The notes under the pieces: generated by a model
Database searches by the model: none
What the model saw: only the letters and a program-made list of their open reading frames with translations
Told to the model about the DNA's origin: nothing
Made by a program: the position numbers and the translations under genes
Shown here: one piece after another, positions 19,786 to 28,416 of the stretch
Numbering within the stretch: position 1 is the stretch's first letter
Layout: each line of letters starts with the position of its first letter
IMG/VR virus record: IMGVR_UViG_3300028840_005860
Span: 166,070-230,069 of that record
Length of the DNA: 64,000 nt
Reading direction: 5' to 3' (one strand)

Positions 19786-20308
19786 GGTGATGGACTTCGG
19801 AGCCACTATCAAGGAGACCCGGCGTGGGCGGGTAGCTCCCGCGATGATGGAGTTCGAGGTGAACCCGGAGCTCGCGCCATACCTCGTCTCGAGCACGCGC
19901 TCGGTCCTGTGGGTTCCCCACGCCTCGCAGGCGCAGACGATCCGGGCAGCTGTCCGCAAGCGCAAGGGACTCGAGGCGGAGCTCGTCGCCGCCATCGTCA
20001 GCATGGGAGAGCAGGCGGAGTGGGGGAACGCCCATCCGCTGACCTCCGAAGGACTCGACGCGTGCATCGAGCACCTGAAGTACTACGGCCTCGAGCAGCT
20101 CGAGATGCTCATCGCGCCCGAGACCGACGTGTCGGGACTGCTCGTTCCCGACATCCCGCTCGTCAGGGCGTCCTGGATGCCCGAGGAGGCGGTCGTGGTC
20201 GTCCCCGCCGACCGGGGGTTCGTGGGCACCCTCGGAGTCATCGGGCAGTACAAGGCGGTCGCGGTGGTCCACAATGCGAGCCGAGGAGTCGCGGTCGCGT
20301 GGAGGTGA
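19769..20308 (+). CDS. Hypothetical protein resembling the C-terminal half of the major capsid protein
   Basis: By-eye alignment to 57248..58126 (see findings). Confidence 0.5.
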   Translation: MTSLLEVMDFGATIKETRRGRVAPAMMEFEVNPELAPYLVSSTRSVLWVPHASQAQTIRAAVRKRKGLEAELVAAIVSMGEQAEWGNAHPLTSEGLDACIEHLKYYGLEQLEMLIAPETDVSGLLVPDIPLVRASWMPEEAVVVVPADRGFVGTLGVIGQYKAVAVVHNASRGVAVAWR

Positions 20309-20982
20309 GCGAGTGGATCGGTCGTGCGCTAGACGACTCGACCCTGCTGGACGAGCACCGCGACTACCTCATGGGACGCGGCGCGACGCCCGACCTGATC
20401 GAGAAGTGGGGTATCCGCACCTTCGAGTGCCCCTTCTCGCGCTGTCCCGACCCAGTTCTGGCCAAGCGATACGGTCCGCACCTGGAGACTTTCAGGGAGC
20501 GCATCGTCTACCCGCTCCGGTCGCTGCGCGGACGCCTGCTGGGCTTCGACAGCCGTCATGTGGACCAGAAGGACGACTTGCGGCTGCTCCTCGCCGAGAG
20601 CCGCTGGAACTGCGTCTGGATCGGGGCCCCCCAGGGAATGGACCTGATCTGGGCGGGCTCGGATCTCGTCGTCGTCGAGGGCCGCTACGACGTGTTCGCC
20701 ATGCTCCAGATCGTCGGCGACAAGGCGGTCTGGGGTTCGGGACCGGCTCACCTGTCGTGGAAACACGTCGAGTCCGTGCGCCGCTGGGTGCGCGGGACCG
20801 TGCACGTAGTCTACGACCAGGACGAAGCGGGACGCAGGGGCACCGAGAAGGGGTTAGGAGAGATGCGGCGGCACGAGGTAAGGTGCATCGAGGTTCCTTA
20901 CGGCGCGTCCGGGGACGACCCCGGCGCAATCTGGGATCGCGGAGGGAGAGAGGCACTCCGCGAGGCATTCCCGTCCCTCTGA
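20305..20982 (+). CDS. DnaG-type primase catalytic core/TOPRIM, lacking the zinc-binding domain
   Basis: YLMGRG, FRERIVYP, GFDSR, VVEGRYD, YDQDEAG, DDPG; GTGA overlap with the upstream gene. Confidence 0.85.
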   Translation: MSEWIGRALDDSTLLDEHRDYLMGRGATPDLIEKWGIRTFECPFSRCPDPVLAKRYGPHLETFRERIVYPLRSLRGRLLGFDSRHVDQKDDLRLLLAESRWNCVWIGAPQGMDLIWAGSDLVVVEGRYDVFAMLQIVGDKAVWGSGPAHLSWKHVESVRRWVRGTVHVVYDQDEAGRRGTEKGLGEMRRHEVRCIEVPYGASGDDPGAIWDRGGREALREAFPSL

Positions 20983-20995
20983 AGGAGACATCGTC

Positions 20996-21529
20996 ATGGA
21001 GATCTACAAGGCCGGTGCCGAAGTGATGGACCGGGTCAAGAAGCTCGTCGCGGACTATCATCCTCACCTCGCGCTCATCCTGGACGACATCGGGGTGGTG
21101 TTCCGCGAGAAGGCGATCGAGAAGGGCGGGAAGGTGCTCCTCGGCGCCACGAAGAAGGCACCGCCCCTGCTCCCCGTGCTGACCGACAAGAAGTTCAACT
21201 ACAAGTTCATCATCGAGATCGGGGAGGACGTGTGGAAGGAGCTGACCCCCGCGCAGCAGACGGCCCTGCTCGACCACCACCTGTGCGCGATGAGGGTCGA
21301 GGAAGACGCCGAGAGTGGCACGATGAAGTGCTCGATCCGGCCGCCCGACTTCGTCGGCTACCGCGAGGAGGTCGAGCGCCACGGGATGTGGCGCCCCATG
21401 GATGACGACACCCTGTCGGTCATCGAGGAGATGTTCGGCAAGAAAGCCGAGGAGGTCCAGCAGGCCAGCGCGGCCTCGGAGACGGCGGACGAGGACGTAG
21501 AGGACATCGTCGAGGCGCTGAATGCCTGA
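20996..21529 (+). CDS. Putative phage metallopeptidase-like protein (degenerate HExxH)
   Basis: KFIIEI..DVW..L...QQTALLDHHLCAM...PPDFVGY.E.V.RHG.W pattern; strong RBS. Confidence 0.65.
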   Translation: MEIYKAGAEVMDRVKKLVADYHPHLALILDDIGVVFREKAIEKGGKVLLGATKKAPPLLPVLTDKKFNYKFIIEIGEDVWKELTPAQQTALLDHHLCAMRVEEDAESGTMKCSIRPPDFVGYREEVERHGMWRPMDDDTLSVIEEMFGKKAEEVQQASAASETADEDVEDIVEALNA

Positions 21530-21848
21530 GGCTAGGGTCGCTTCCGAGGCCGAGATCGACAGGATCCTCGGGGACTTTTTCGAGCGGGACCCGTACGCAG
21601 AGCGGCACTATGGGCTGCACCCGGATGGCTCGGTATCGACGCTGAGCCGTGGCACCACCCTGCATTGTCCTCTCTGTCACGAGAAACCGACGGGGCGCAT
21701 GCCTATCGTGAAAATCGAGGGGACCGACGGCACGATGCTGTTCGATGGGTGCGTGCGCTGCCTTGACCGGCATGTGCAGGAACCTCTGGCTAGAGCCTTC
21801 GTTCAGATAGCGCTGGCCACGCCCAAGCACACGGGATTTCAAGCCTAG
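21522..21848 (+). CDS. Small zinc-binding protein
   Basis: CPLC...CVRC. Confidence 0.6.
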   Translation: MPEARVASEAEIDRILGDFFERDPYAERHYGLHPDGSVSTLSRGTTLHCPLCHEKPTGRMPIVKIEGTDGTMLFDGCVRCLDRHVQEPLARAFVQIALATPKHTGFQA

Positions 21849-21869
21849 CCTGGGTGTAGAAAGAGGGCG

Positions 21870-23342
21870 GTGAGTCTCGCGACGAAATACCGGCCCCTGC
21901 ACTACGCCGACGTGCTCGGTCAGGAGGCGACCATCGCCGTCTGTCGGCAATACGTCAAGGAAGGTAAGGGATTCCAGCAGAGTTACGTGTTTGCCGGGGC
22001 GCACGGGGGCGGCAAGACCACCATCGCGCGCATCCTCGGTCGCGCCCTCCTGTGCGAGAATCCCCGGGACGGCGAACCCTGCGACGAGTGCTCTCAGTGT
22101 GCCGCAATGCTCGCGGACAAGTCGGAAAACCTGATCGAGGTCGACGCGGCGACGAACAGCGGCAAGGAGGACATGAAGCGCATCACCGAGGAGGCGCAGT
22201 TCGGGAGCTTCTCGGGACGCCGGAAGATCTACATACTCGACGAGGCGCACGAGCTCAGTCGGCAGGCGATGGACGCCCTCCTCAAGCCGCTCGAGGACAA
22301 TCGACGAGGGACGAGCGAGAAGCAGATCGTCTGCCTCTTCTGCACGACGGAGCCCGAAAAGATGCGCCCGGCGATCCTGAGCCGCTGCGCCCCCCTGTTC
22401 CGCATCCGGGCCAACACGCCCCAGGAGATCGCCGCGCGCCTGAGGCACATCTGCGAGAAGGAGGGGATCGACCACGACCCCGAGGTGCTGCCGCTGATCG
22501 CGGAGGTGACCGAGTGTCACGTCCGGGATGCCATCCAGGCCGTCGAGGGCGTCTCCATGCTCGGTCGAATCGACCGGGACAACGTGGCCCGCTACCTGCA
22601 CCTGGACGCCAACGCCCTGTACCTCGACGTGCTCGAGAACCTGGGATCGGATCTCCCGGCCCTGCTCGCGACCATCGAGAAACTCGACGAGAAGGTCTCC
22701 CCGGCCGTCCGCTACGAGCGCATGGCCGACGTGTGCATGCTGGCCTACCGGCTCGTCAACCTCGGAGAGGCGTCGATCCCCTCCTACTGGGATCGACAGC
22801 GACTCGAGGCCGTCGGGAAGTTGCACCGGGAGTTTTTGATCGAGTTCGCCCAGCGGTTCGCCCAGCGCCCCGTTCGCTCGACCTCGGCCATGTTCGCCTG
22901 CGACGTCTCGGCGCTGCACCAGCGACGTGCGGGCATCGTCGTTCGAACCGAGCGGTCCGAGGTCGTCGTGCCCTCGCACGCCTCGGTTCGGGCCTCTCCT
23001 ACGCCGACGGATCCTCCGGCGCCGACCGAGGCGACCGCGGCCCCTATCGAACCATCACCGAAGCCCGGGTCCCCCACGTCGCCTGGGACCGAGAACCTCT
23101 CCGCGAGCGTTGGTAGTATGAGCGCTGATCCCTACCTCACCGAGACGGGGATCGGCATCAACCCGCTTGCGCAGAACACCCGTCGCGCCCACGAGGCGCG
23201 GCGGCCAAACCCCGAAGAGACCATGCCGGCGATGCCGGCAGACGAGTTCGTGAAAACGCTGAAGCGCCGGGTCATTGAGCTGTTGGAGGAGCAGTCATCC
23301 AGTGGCAGACCGGCGCGACGAAACGACCTGGGTAGCCCTTGA
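21870..23342 (+). CDS. dnaX: DNA polymerase III gamma/tau clamp-loader subunit
   Basis: SLATKYRP, GAHGGGKTT, C-x8-C-xx-C-xx-C zinc site, EVDAA, ILDEAH, SRC motif. Confidence 0.93.
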   Translation: MSLATKYRPLHYADVLGQEATIAVCRQYVKEGKGFQQSYVFAGAHGGGKTTIARILGRALLCENPRDGEPCDECSQCAAMLADKSENLIEVDAATNSGKEDMKRITEEAQFGSFSGRRKIYILDEAHELSRQAMDALLKPLEDNRRGTSEKQIVCLFCTTEPEKMRPAILSRCAPLFRIRANTPQEIAARLRHICEKEGIDHDPEVLPLIAEVTECHVRDAIQAVEGVSMLGRIDRDNVARYLHLDANALYLDVLENLGSDLPALLATIEKLDEKVSPAVRYERMADVCMLAYRLVNLGEASIPSYWDRQRLEAVGKLHREFLIEFAQRFAQRPVRSTSAMFACDVSALHQRRAGIVVRTERSEVVVPSHASVRASPTPTDPPAPTEATAAPIEPSPKPGSPTSPGTENLSASVGSMSADPYLTETGIGINPLAQNTRRAHEARRPNPEETMPAMPADEFVKTLKRRVIELLEEQSSSGRPARRNDLGSP

Positions 23343-23832
23343 GCTCACGCACCACGGTGAGAAGCTAGTCGACGACGGAGTCCTCGCGGACGAGCTGCGC
23401 GCCGAACTCGACGTCGGGCCCGAGTGGCCGGTCTTCATTCCGGCTCGGGCCTTCGAGAAGAAGGGGCGACGAATCACCGTCCATCTCCTTGAGGGGTACG
23501 CGTTCGTCGCCACCGGACTGGACGAGGTCTGTTACTTTCGGCTCGAGCAGACCAAGCTCGTCAGCCAGGTCCTGGCCTCGCGCGGGCCGCGCGGCCTGCG
23601 GGTCTTGTCGGTGATCTCGGACGACAAAGTGGCCGAACTTCGGAGGCAGCTGAACGAGGAAGTGGCCTCCGACATCGTCCCCGGCATGGAGGTGCTCGTG
23701 ACGGACGGGACATACTGCAAATTGACGGGTACAGTCATGGACACGGAGGGCGATCACGCGGTCGTCCGCTTTGAGCTGCGTTCCCTGAGGATCCTGTCGA
23801 AGATCCCCAAGGTGTTCTTGGACACCGCGTGA
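23302..23832 (+). CDS. NusG/RfaH-family transcription elongation factor
   Basis: NGN domain (WVAL...VFIP...LLEGYAFV) and KOW (IVPGMEVLVTDGTYCKLTGTV); GGAGG before GTG 23302. Confidence 0.85.
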   Translation: MADRRDETTWVALELTHHGEKLVDDGVLADELRAELDVGPEWPVFIPARAFEKKGRRITVHLLEGYAFVATGLDEVCYFRLEQTKLVSQVLASRGPRGLRVLSVISDDKVAELRRQLNEEVASDIVPGMEVLVTDGTYCKLTGTVMDTEGDHAVVRFELRSLRILSKIPKVFLDTA

Positions 23833-23836
23833 CACG

Positions 23837-24448
23837 ATGACATCGAGCTGGGCGGATTGCAGGACGGTCGACCCCTCCGAGCTGGAGAGCCGGGTCAGCA
23901 CCGAGGACAACATCGAGTTCCTCGAGCAGATCCTCTCCGAGGAGCCGAGCGAGGAGTCGCAGCGCAACCTCGAGCGCGTGCGGGAGATCATGGAGGAGCT
24001 GCCGCCCCGCGAGGCCGACTTCGTCGACCTCTACTTCTTCTCCCACAAGACGCAGACCGACATCGCGGAGATCTTCAAGGTCTCGCAGCCCACCGTCTGC
24101 TACCGGCTCCAGCGCGCGACGGCCCGGATCCGGTTCGTGCTCGGGCTCCCCGACGTTTCCGAGGAGGAGATGCTCACCGCCCTGCGCGGTTTCCTCTCCG
24201 ACAACGAGGACGTTCAGATCATGCGGCTGATGTACGAGACCACGTGTCAGTCGGCCGTCGCCAAGCGCCTCGGCGTGACCCAAGGAAAGGTCCGGCATCG
24301 TTTCATGCGTTCCACGAAGCGGATGCTCGATCATCCTGGCATGCACAAGCTCGCGAAGATCTTCGCGAGCATCGCGGAAAACCTGAACATCCTGCACGAG
24401 GTGGACAGGCCCTCCTGGGACGAGAAGATCAGCTACGTCCTGGATTAG
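23837..24448 (+). CDS. Protein with two tandem sigma70 region-4-like HTH domains
   Basis: LPPREADFVDLYF..KTQTDIAEIFKVSQPTV and DVQIMRLMY..CQSAVAKRLGVTQGKV; no region 2 recognised. Confidence 0.8.
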   Translation: MTSSWADCRTVDPSELESRVSTEDNIEFLEQILSEEPSEESQRNLERVREIMEELPPREADFVDLYFFSHKTQTDIAEIFKVSQPTVCYRLQRATARIRFVLGLPDVSEEEMLTALRGFLSDNEDVQIMRLMYETTCQSAVAKRLGVTQGKVRHRFMRSTKRMLDHPGMHKLAKIFASIAENLNILHEVDRPSWDEKISYVLD

Positions 24449-24451
24449 GGC

Positions 24452-24466
24452 CGGTTTTCCTCCTAT
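24452..24466 (+). promoter_or_regulatory. Putative late promoter motif
   Basis: CGGTTTTCCTCCTAT; related copies at 28375, 39637 and 49858. Confidence 0.65.
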
Positions 24467-24493
24467 CCGAGGTCCCCGGTTAGGAGGCCAGCC

Positions 24494-25258
24494 ATGTCCC
24501 GTTTCGGCAAAATCAGCACGGTCGTCATGCTCGCGCTGCCCCTCGTCGTGGGAGGTTGCAGACCCAACAGGAAGACGGCGACTCCCGAGGACTACTATCC
24601 CCTCATCCAGGTCGCCTTCGAGGCCGGCGCGGTGGGTGCCATGATCGCGCGCAACGAGGCCATCGAGAAGAAGAATTTCGCGGCCTGCGTCGCCGCCGAC
24701 GTGCTCGCGGACGCGTTCGACAGCGCCGGAGACGCCCTCCAGGCGCGCATCTCCGACAAGATCGAGATCCCGGCCTTCGAGATGGACCTGACCGACTGTC
24801 TCGCCCTGCGTCCCGCGACCGATGAGGGGGACGAGAGCGCCCGCCTTGCGGGTCCCGTCGTCCTGATGACCATGGGCCCGGCCGAGGAGGAGAAGCCGAC
24901 CGAGGAAGCGGCCCCGGCCGAGGAGGAGAAGCCGACCGAGGAAGCGGCCCCGGCCGAGGAGGAGAAGCCGACCGAAGAGGCCGCGGCGGAGACTCCGGCC
25001 GAGGAGGTGGACGCCACGCTCGACAAGGGCAACCCGGACGCCGCCGTGCTCGTCGAGGCGATAGCAGGTATCACCCTGACCGCGGCCCTGTACTACGCGA
25101 ACAAGCTCAAGACAGCGAACTGCAAGAAGGGGGTCGCGGCGCTCGCGGCCATCCACTACGTCAACGGCATGATCAAGCCGATCGCGGACGAGATCGCGGA
25201 ACCCGACGGAAAGGTGTCGGTCCCGGCGGTCACCATCGACTTCTCGGAGTGCAAGTGA
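24494..25258 (+). CDS. Lipoprotein with internal two-domain duplication
   Basis: Signal peptide with lipobox LVVGG-C; two related domains ending IPAFEMDLTDC and VPAVTIDFSEC, separated by an acidic repeat linker. Confidence 0.75.
   Translation: MSRFGKISTVVMLALPLVVGGCRPNRKTATPEDYYPLIQVAFEAGAVGAMIARNEAIEKKNFAACVAADVLADAFDSAGDALQARISDKIEIPAFEMDLTDCLALRPATDEGDESARLAGPVVLMTMGPAEEEKPTEEAAPAEEEKPTEEAAPAEEEKPTEEAAAETPAEEVDATLDKGNPDAAVLVEAIAGITLTAALYYANKLKTANCKKGVAALAAIHYVNGMIKPIADEIAEPDGKVSVPAVTIDFSECK
24878..24985 (+). repeat. 36-bp tandem repeat, 3 copies (PAEEEKPTEEAA)
   Basis: Unit CCGGCCGAGGAGGAGAAGCCGACCGAGGAAGCGGCC. Confidence 0.92.
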
Positions 25259-25290
25259 GGAGCTGACGCGACGGCCACGCGAGGAGGCAC

Positions 25291-25596
25291 ATGACCGATA
25301 GACCCTCAGCACGTCGAATCGTGATGTCCAAATCGGTGGCCCGGCAGTGGCTCATCAAGCAGGCCCGCCCCGAGTACCGCATCAAGGTGTTCAACCCCAA
25401 CGCCCGAGACTACCCGTCCGTCCTGCGCGCTTTCCGGGACGAGAGGCTGAGGATGGCCGGGGTGTCGCCCCTCCCCGACCTCGGCGTGAGGGAGGACTTC
25501 GGCGGCTTCTACGTCTGGTCGTCCGACCGAGAGGCCCTCGCCACCCTCCAGGGGTGGTTCGAGAAGCGCGGCCTGGAGACCTCCTGGATCTGGTGA
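25291..25596 (+). CDS. Hypothetical protein (late operon)
   Basis: GAGGAGG RBS; carries SVARQWLIKQA. Confidence 0.75.
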   Translation: MTDRPSARRIVMSKSVARQWLIKQARPEYRIKVFNPNARDYPSVLRAFRDERLRMAGVSPLPDLGVREDFGGFYVWSSDREALATLQGWFEKRGLETSWIW

Positions 25597-25597
25597 G

Positions 25598-26041
25598 ATG
25601 GCCGCCGTTCGCACTCGCCTCCAGAGCTGCTTCGTCTACAACGTGCGGATCGATGATCCGTGCAACCCGTCGTGGCAGTTCACCATCATCGTCAACCAGG
25701 ACGGCACGTACGGAGTCGAGAACATCCGCTCACCGAACGGGAGCATCTGCGACCCCAACACCCAGCTCCCGGCGGAGGTCCTCGACGAGATCAACGCCGC
25801 CAAGGGAGACGTGGAGAACATCTTGGCACAGACGAGCGCAGTCAACGGAACCCTGACCTTCACGGCCCAGACCAGTCAGTCGATAGTGTTCGCCACGCCG
25901 TTCGCGAACACGCAGTACAGGGTCTACGTGTCGCTGCCGGACTTCGTCGACTGGAAGATCACCAACAAGACCCTCACCGGCTTCGACCTGGAGATCAATA
26001 CCACCTACACCGGGACGGTCGGCTACGACGTGTTCGTCTAG
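25598..26041 (+). CDS. Putative virion structural protein
   Basis: Thr/Asn/Val-rich beta protein; C-terminal IVFATPF....Y.V...NKTLTGF domain typical of fibre-tip/H-lectin-like modules. Confidence 0.6.
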   Translation: MAAVRTRLQSCFVYNVRIDDPCNPSWQFTIIVNQDGTYGVENIRSPNGSICDPNTQLPAEVLDEINAAKGDVENILAQTSAVNGTLTFTAQTSQSIVFATPFANTQYRVYVSLPDFVDWKITNKTLTGFDLEINTTYTGTVGYDVFV

Positions 26042-26049
26042 GAGGAAGC

Positions 26050-26118
26050 ATGTCTCGTGCCGACGAGAAGGACATGGTGAGCCACGACCCGCCCGAGGTG
26101 CGGCTCTGGTGGGACTAG
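26050..26118 (+). CDS. Micro-ORF, 22 aa (MSRADEKDMVSHDPPEVRLWWD)
   Basis: AGGAGG RBS at canonical spacing; fills the intergenic gap. Confidence 0.5.
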   Translation: MSRADEKDMVSHDPPEVRLWWD

Positions 26119-26138
26119 AAGCCTGAGAGGAACCTGAT

Positions 26139-27746
26139 ATGGCCGTTCAACCCCCATTCAGAAGCGACGTCTACGAGGTCGAGAACGCCGATGCGCCGGT
26201 CGGTCCACGACTGATCGAGGCCGACGAGAACGACGGCTCGCTCCGTTTCACCGATCCGAGGATCCCCGGGGGCATCGACCTATTCGAGCTCGCCGGACTC
26301 CAGCAGGCGAACAATACCATTGTCGTCTCGCCCACGGGGGCGGCGGCGAGCAAGGACGCGAACGGCGACTCCATCACCACGGTCCAGGCCGGACTCGATG
26401 CCGTACCCACCTCGGCCGACGTGAACGACCCTTGGACGGTTCTCCTGGCCCCCGGCATCTACGCCGAGGACGTGCTCTTCATCCGCGACGGGACGGTTCT
26501 GCGAGGACTCGGCAACGTCACGCTCCGATCCGCGGGCGCGTTCAGCACCGTCCGCATCGGCGCGGGACCGGCCAGCGTTCCCCGTCGGATCAGACTCCAG
26601 GACCTCAGGATTGAGAACTCCGTGGCGTCCGAGGCGTGCGTGGATATCGGCAGCGCGACGTTCGCCACGGGGACTTTCACGGTGGCCTCGGTTCCGAACG
26701 TGGGCGACCAGGTGACCGTGGACGTGACGACGCTGACGGCCATCGCCAACGGCGGTGTCCCGGCCCCCGGCGAGTTCGAGCTCGGAACGGACGCGGCCTC
26801 GACCGCCACGAACTTGGCCGACGCCATCAACGACCCCGTCAACGGGCTGAACGCCATCGTGGTGGCGACCGTGGTCGGGACCGTCGTCACCGTCCGGGCC
26901 CTGAATCCGGGCGTCGCGGGCAACCTCGTCGCCATCGCCTCGAGCGTCCCCCTGGTCCTCGTGCCCTCCGGCGCCACCCTCGCGGGCGGCGCGGACGCCA
27001 GTGCCGGCTCGACGGTCGGAAACGACCTTATCGAGATCGTCGACTGCGACCTCGTGGCTACCGGCGTCAACGGCTTCCAGATCCGGGCCGTCTCGATCAA
27101 CAACGTCTCCGTGAGGGGCGGCGACTGGAGTGGCGGCGTCACCACGAGCTCGGTGTGGGTCTCCGAGTGCGCCTCCTTCAGCCTGGTAGACCAGCAGGCC
27201 CTGTTCGGCGTCACCACGAACTACAACTCGGCCGCACCTAACATCCCGAGCATCGCGACCTCGGCCTACAGCCTCCAGCGGGTTCGCAGCGGCTACGCCT
27301 TCGCCTCGAACCTGGCCGGAGCGGGCAGCGTCACCATGCAGGACGTGACGTTCCTCGGGGCCGTCGGCTACACTGGAGACGCGGCCCTGCGTACGTTCGA
27401 GGCCACCCGGTGCCGATTCGGTCCCCTGACGCTCGGGGGGACCGGGACCGTCACCCTGAGCAACTCCACCCGCGGAGGTCTGGTCGCGGCCGGGACCGGC
27501 ACCCTAGCCGAGACCTCCGCGCAGGGGAGCGCGGCATTCGTCGCCGTCCCGGTGGTCACGGTGCCCTTCGTGGAACCCCAGCCCGACACCGCTTACACGG
27601 TGGCGCTCGAGTGGGACGGGCCGCCGGCCGCGATCACCGACGTTCCCTCGGTTCCGGCGTCGTCGAAGCTGACGAGCGGCTTCGACATCGCCTTCGGAGC
27701 GGCTCAGACCATGACCGTACACTACGTGATCAGGCGGGACGTCTAG
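26139..27746 (+). CDS. Putative virion fibre/spike structural protein
   Basis: Ala/Gly/Thr/Val-rich; TVQAGLDA...LLAPGIYAED beta-helix-type start; C-terminal domain related to that of 25598..26041. Confidence 0.6.
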   Translation: MAVQPPFRSDVYEVENADAPVGPRLIEADENDGSLRFTDPRIPGGIDLFELAGLQQANNTIVVSPTGAAASKDANGDSITTVQAGLDAVPTSADVNDPWTVLLAPGIYAEDVLFIRDGTVLRGLGNVTLRSAGAFSTVRIGAGPASVPRRIRLQDLRIENSVASEACVDIGSATFATGTFTVASVPNVGDQVTVDVTTLTAIANGGVPAPGEFELGTDAASTATNLADAINDPVNGLNAIVVATVVGTVVTVRALNPGVAGNLVAIASSVPLVLVPSGATLAGGADASAGSTVGNDLIEIVDCDLVATGVNGFQIRAVSINNVSVRGGDWSGGVTTSSVWVSECASFSLVDQQALFGVTTNYNSAAPNIPSIATSAYSLQRVRSGYAFASNLAGAGSVTMQDVTFLGAVGYTGDAALRTFEATRCRFGPLTLGGTGTVTLSNSTRGGLVAAGTGTLAETSAQGSAAFVAVPVVTVPFVEPQPDTAYTVALEWDGPPAAITDVPSVPASSKLTSGFDIAFGAAQTMTVHYVIRRDV

Positions 27747-27756
27747 GAGGAGAGCC

Positions 27757-28323
27757 ATGGCAGACGACGACTTCTGGACCGAGTTGACGCAGGGGCCTCA
27801 GACCCGAACGGCCTCGTCGCTCGACGCCCACCTCCAGGGGCGTGACGCGGGGGACTCGGGACTCCGGGTGCTCACCGACAAGGGACGCGCCGAGGCGGCC
27901 CTCCCGACGCCCGCGGAGGCAGGGACGAGGGTCCAGTTCGTCACCAATATCGGCAGCGTCCTCACCTACCCGAATCCTCCGCTCCCGGAGGCCGAGGGCA
28001 CCGTCGTCATGGTGCGGACCGCGGAGGGAGACCAGACCGGCCTGGACGAGATGGTCTTCGTGAAGTTCGACGACGGCAAGTTCCTCGCCGTCCACGCGGA
28101 GCACCTCAGGAGGGCATCGAGCGGCTCCAAGGTCGCGACGAGCTTCGCTCGCCGCGTGGGCTGCCTGGGTGATCTGAGCGGATTCCTGCGATGGGGTCAG
28201 GAGGAGGACAACGAGCTCGTGCACAGGGCCACGAGGGACCTCTGGTCCTACCAGCAGACCGAGGACGGAGACTTCGTGATCGCTCGTCTGTTCGACGACA
28301 CCGGAGAGCCGCTTCGGGTGTGA
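27757..28323 (+). CDS. Putative head-associated protein with SH3-like domain
   Basis: GTRVQF...EGTVVMV...VFVKFDDG...AEHL; RTAS/RRAS/KVAT motifs; strong RBS. Confidence 0.65.
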   Translation: MADDDFWTELTQGPQTRTASSLDAHLQGRDAGDSGLRVLTDKGRAEAALPTPAEAGTRVQFVTNIGSVLTYPNPPLPEAEGTVVMVRTAEGDQTGLDEMVFVKFDDGKFLAVHAEHLRRASSGSKVATSFARRVGCLGDLSGFLRWGQEEDNELVHRATRDLWSYQQTEDGDFVIARLFDDTGEPLRV

Positions 28324-28374
28324 TGCCATCGTCTCGCGGTCTTTGCGCCACGCCTCGAACGAGCCGTGGATTGG

Positions 28375-28389
28375 TGGTTTTCCCTTTAT
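28375..28389 (+). promoter_or_regulatory. Putative late promoter motif
   Basis: TGGTTTTCCCTTTAT, intergenic. Confidence 0.65.
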
Positions 28390-28416
28390 AGGCCCCCGTT
28401 GGCAGGAACTTTCGTC

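Noticed and set aside
4-23342. Bacterial chromosome origin of recA/dnaN/dnaX/ruvC
   Set aside because: The genes are divergent, packed in a phage-like single-strand operon and contiguous with virion genes; no housekeeping synteny.
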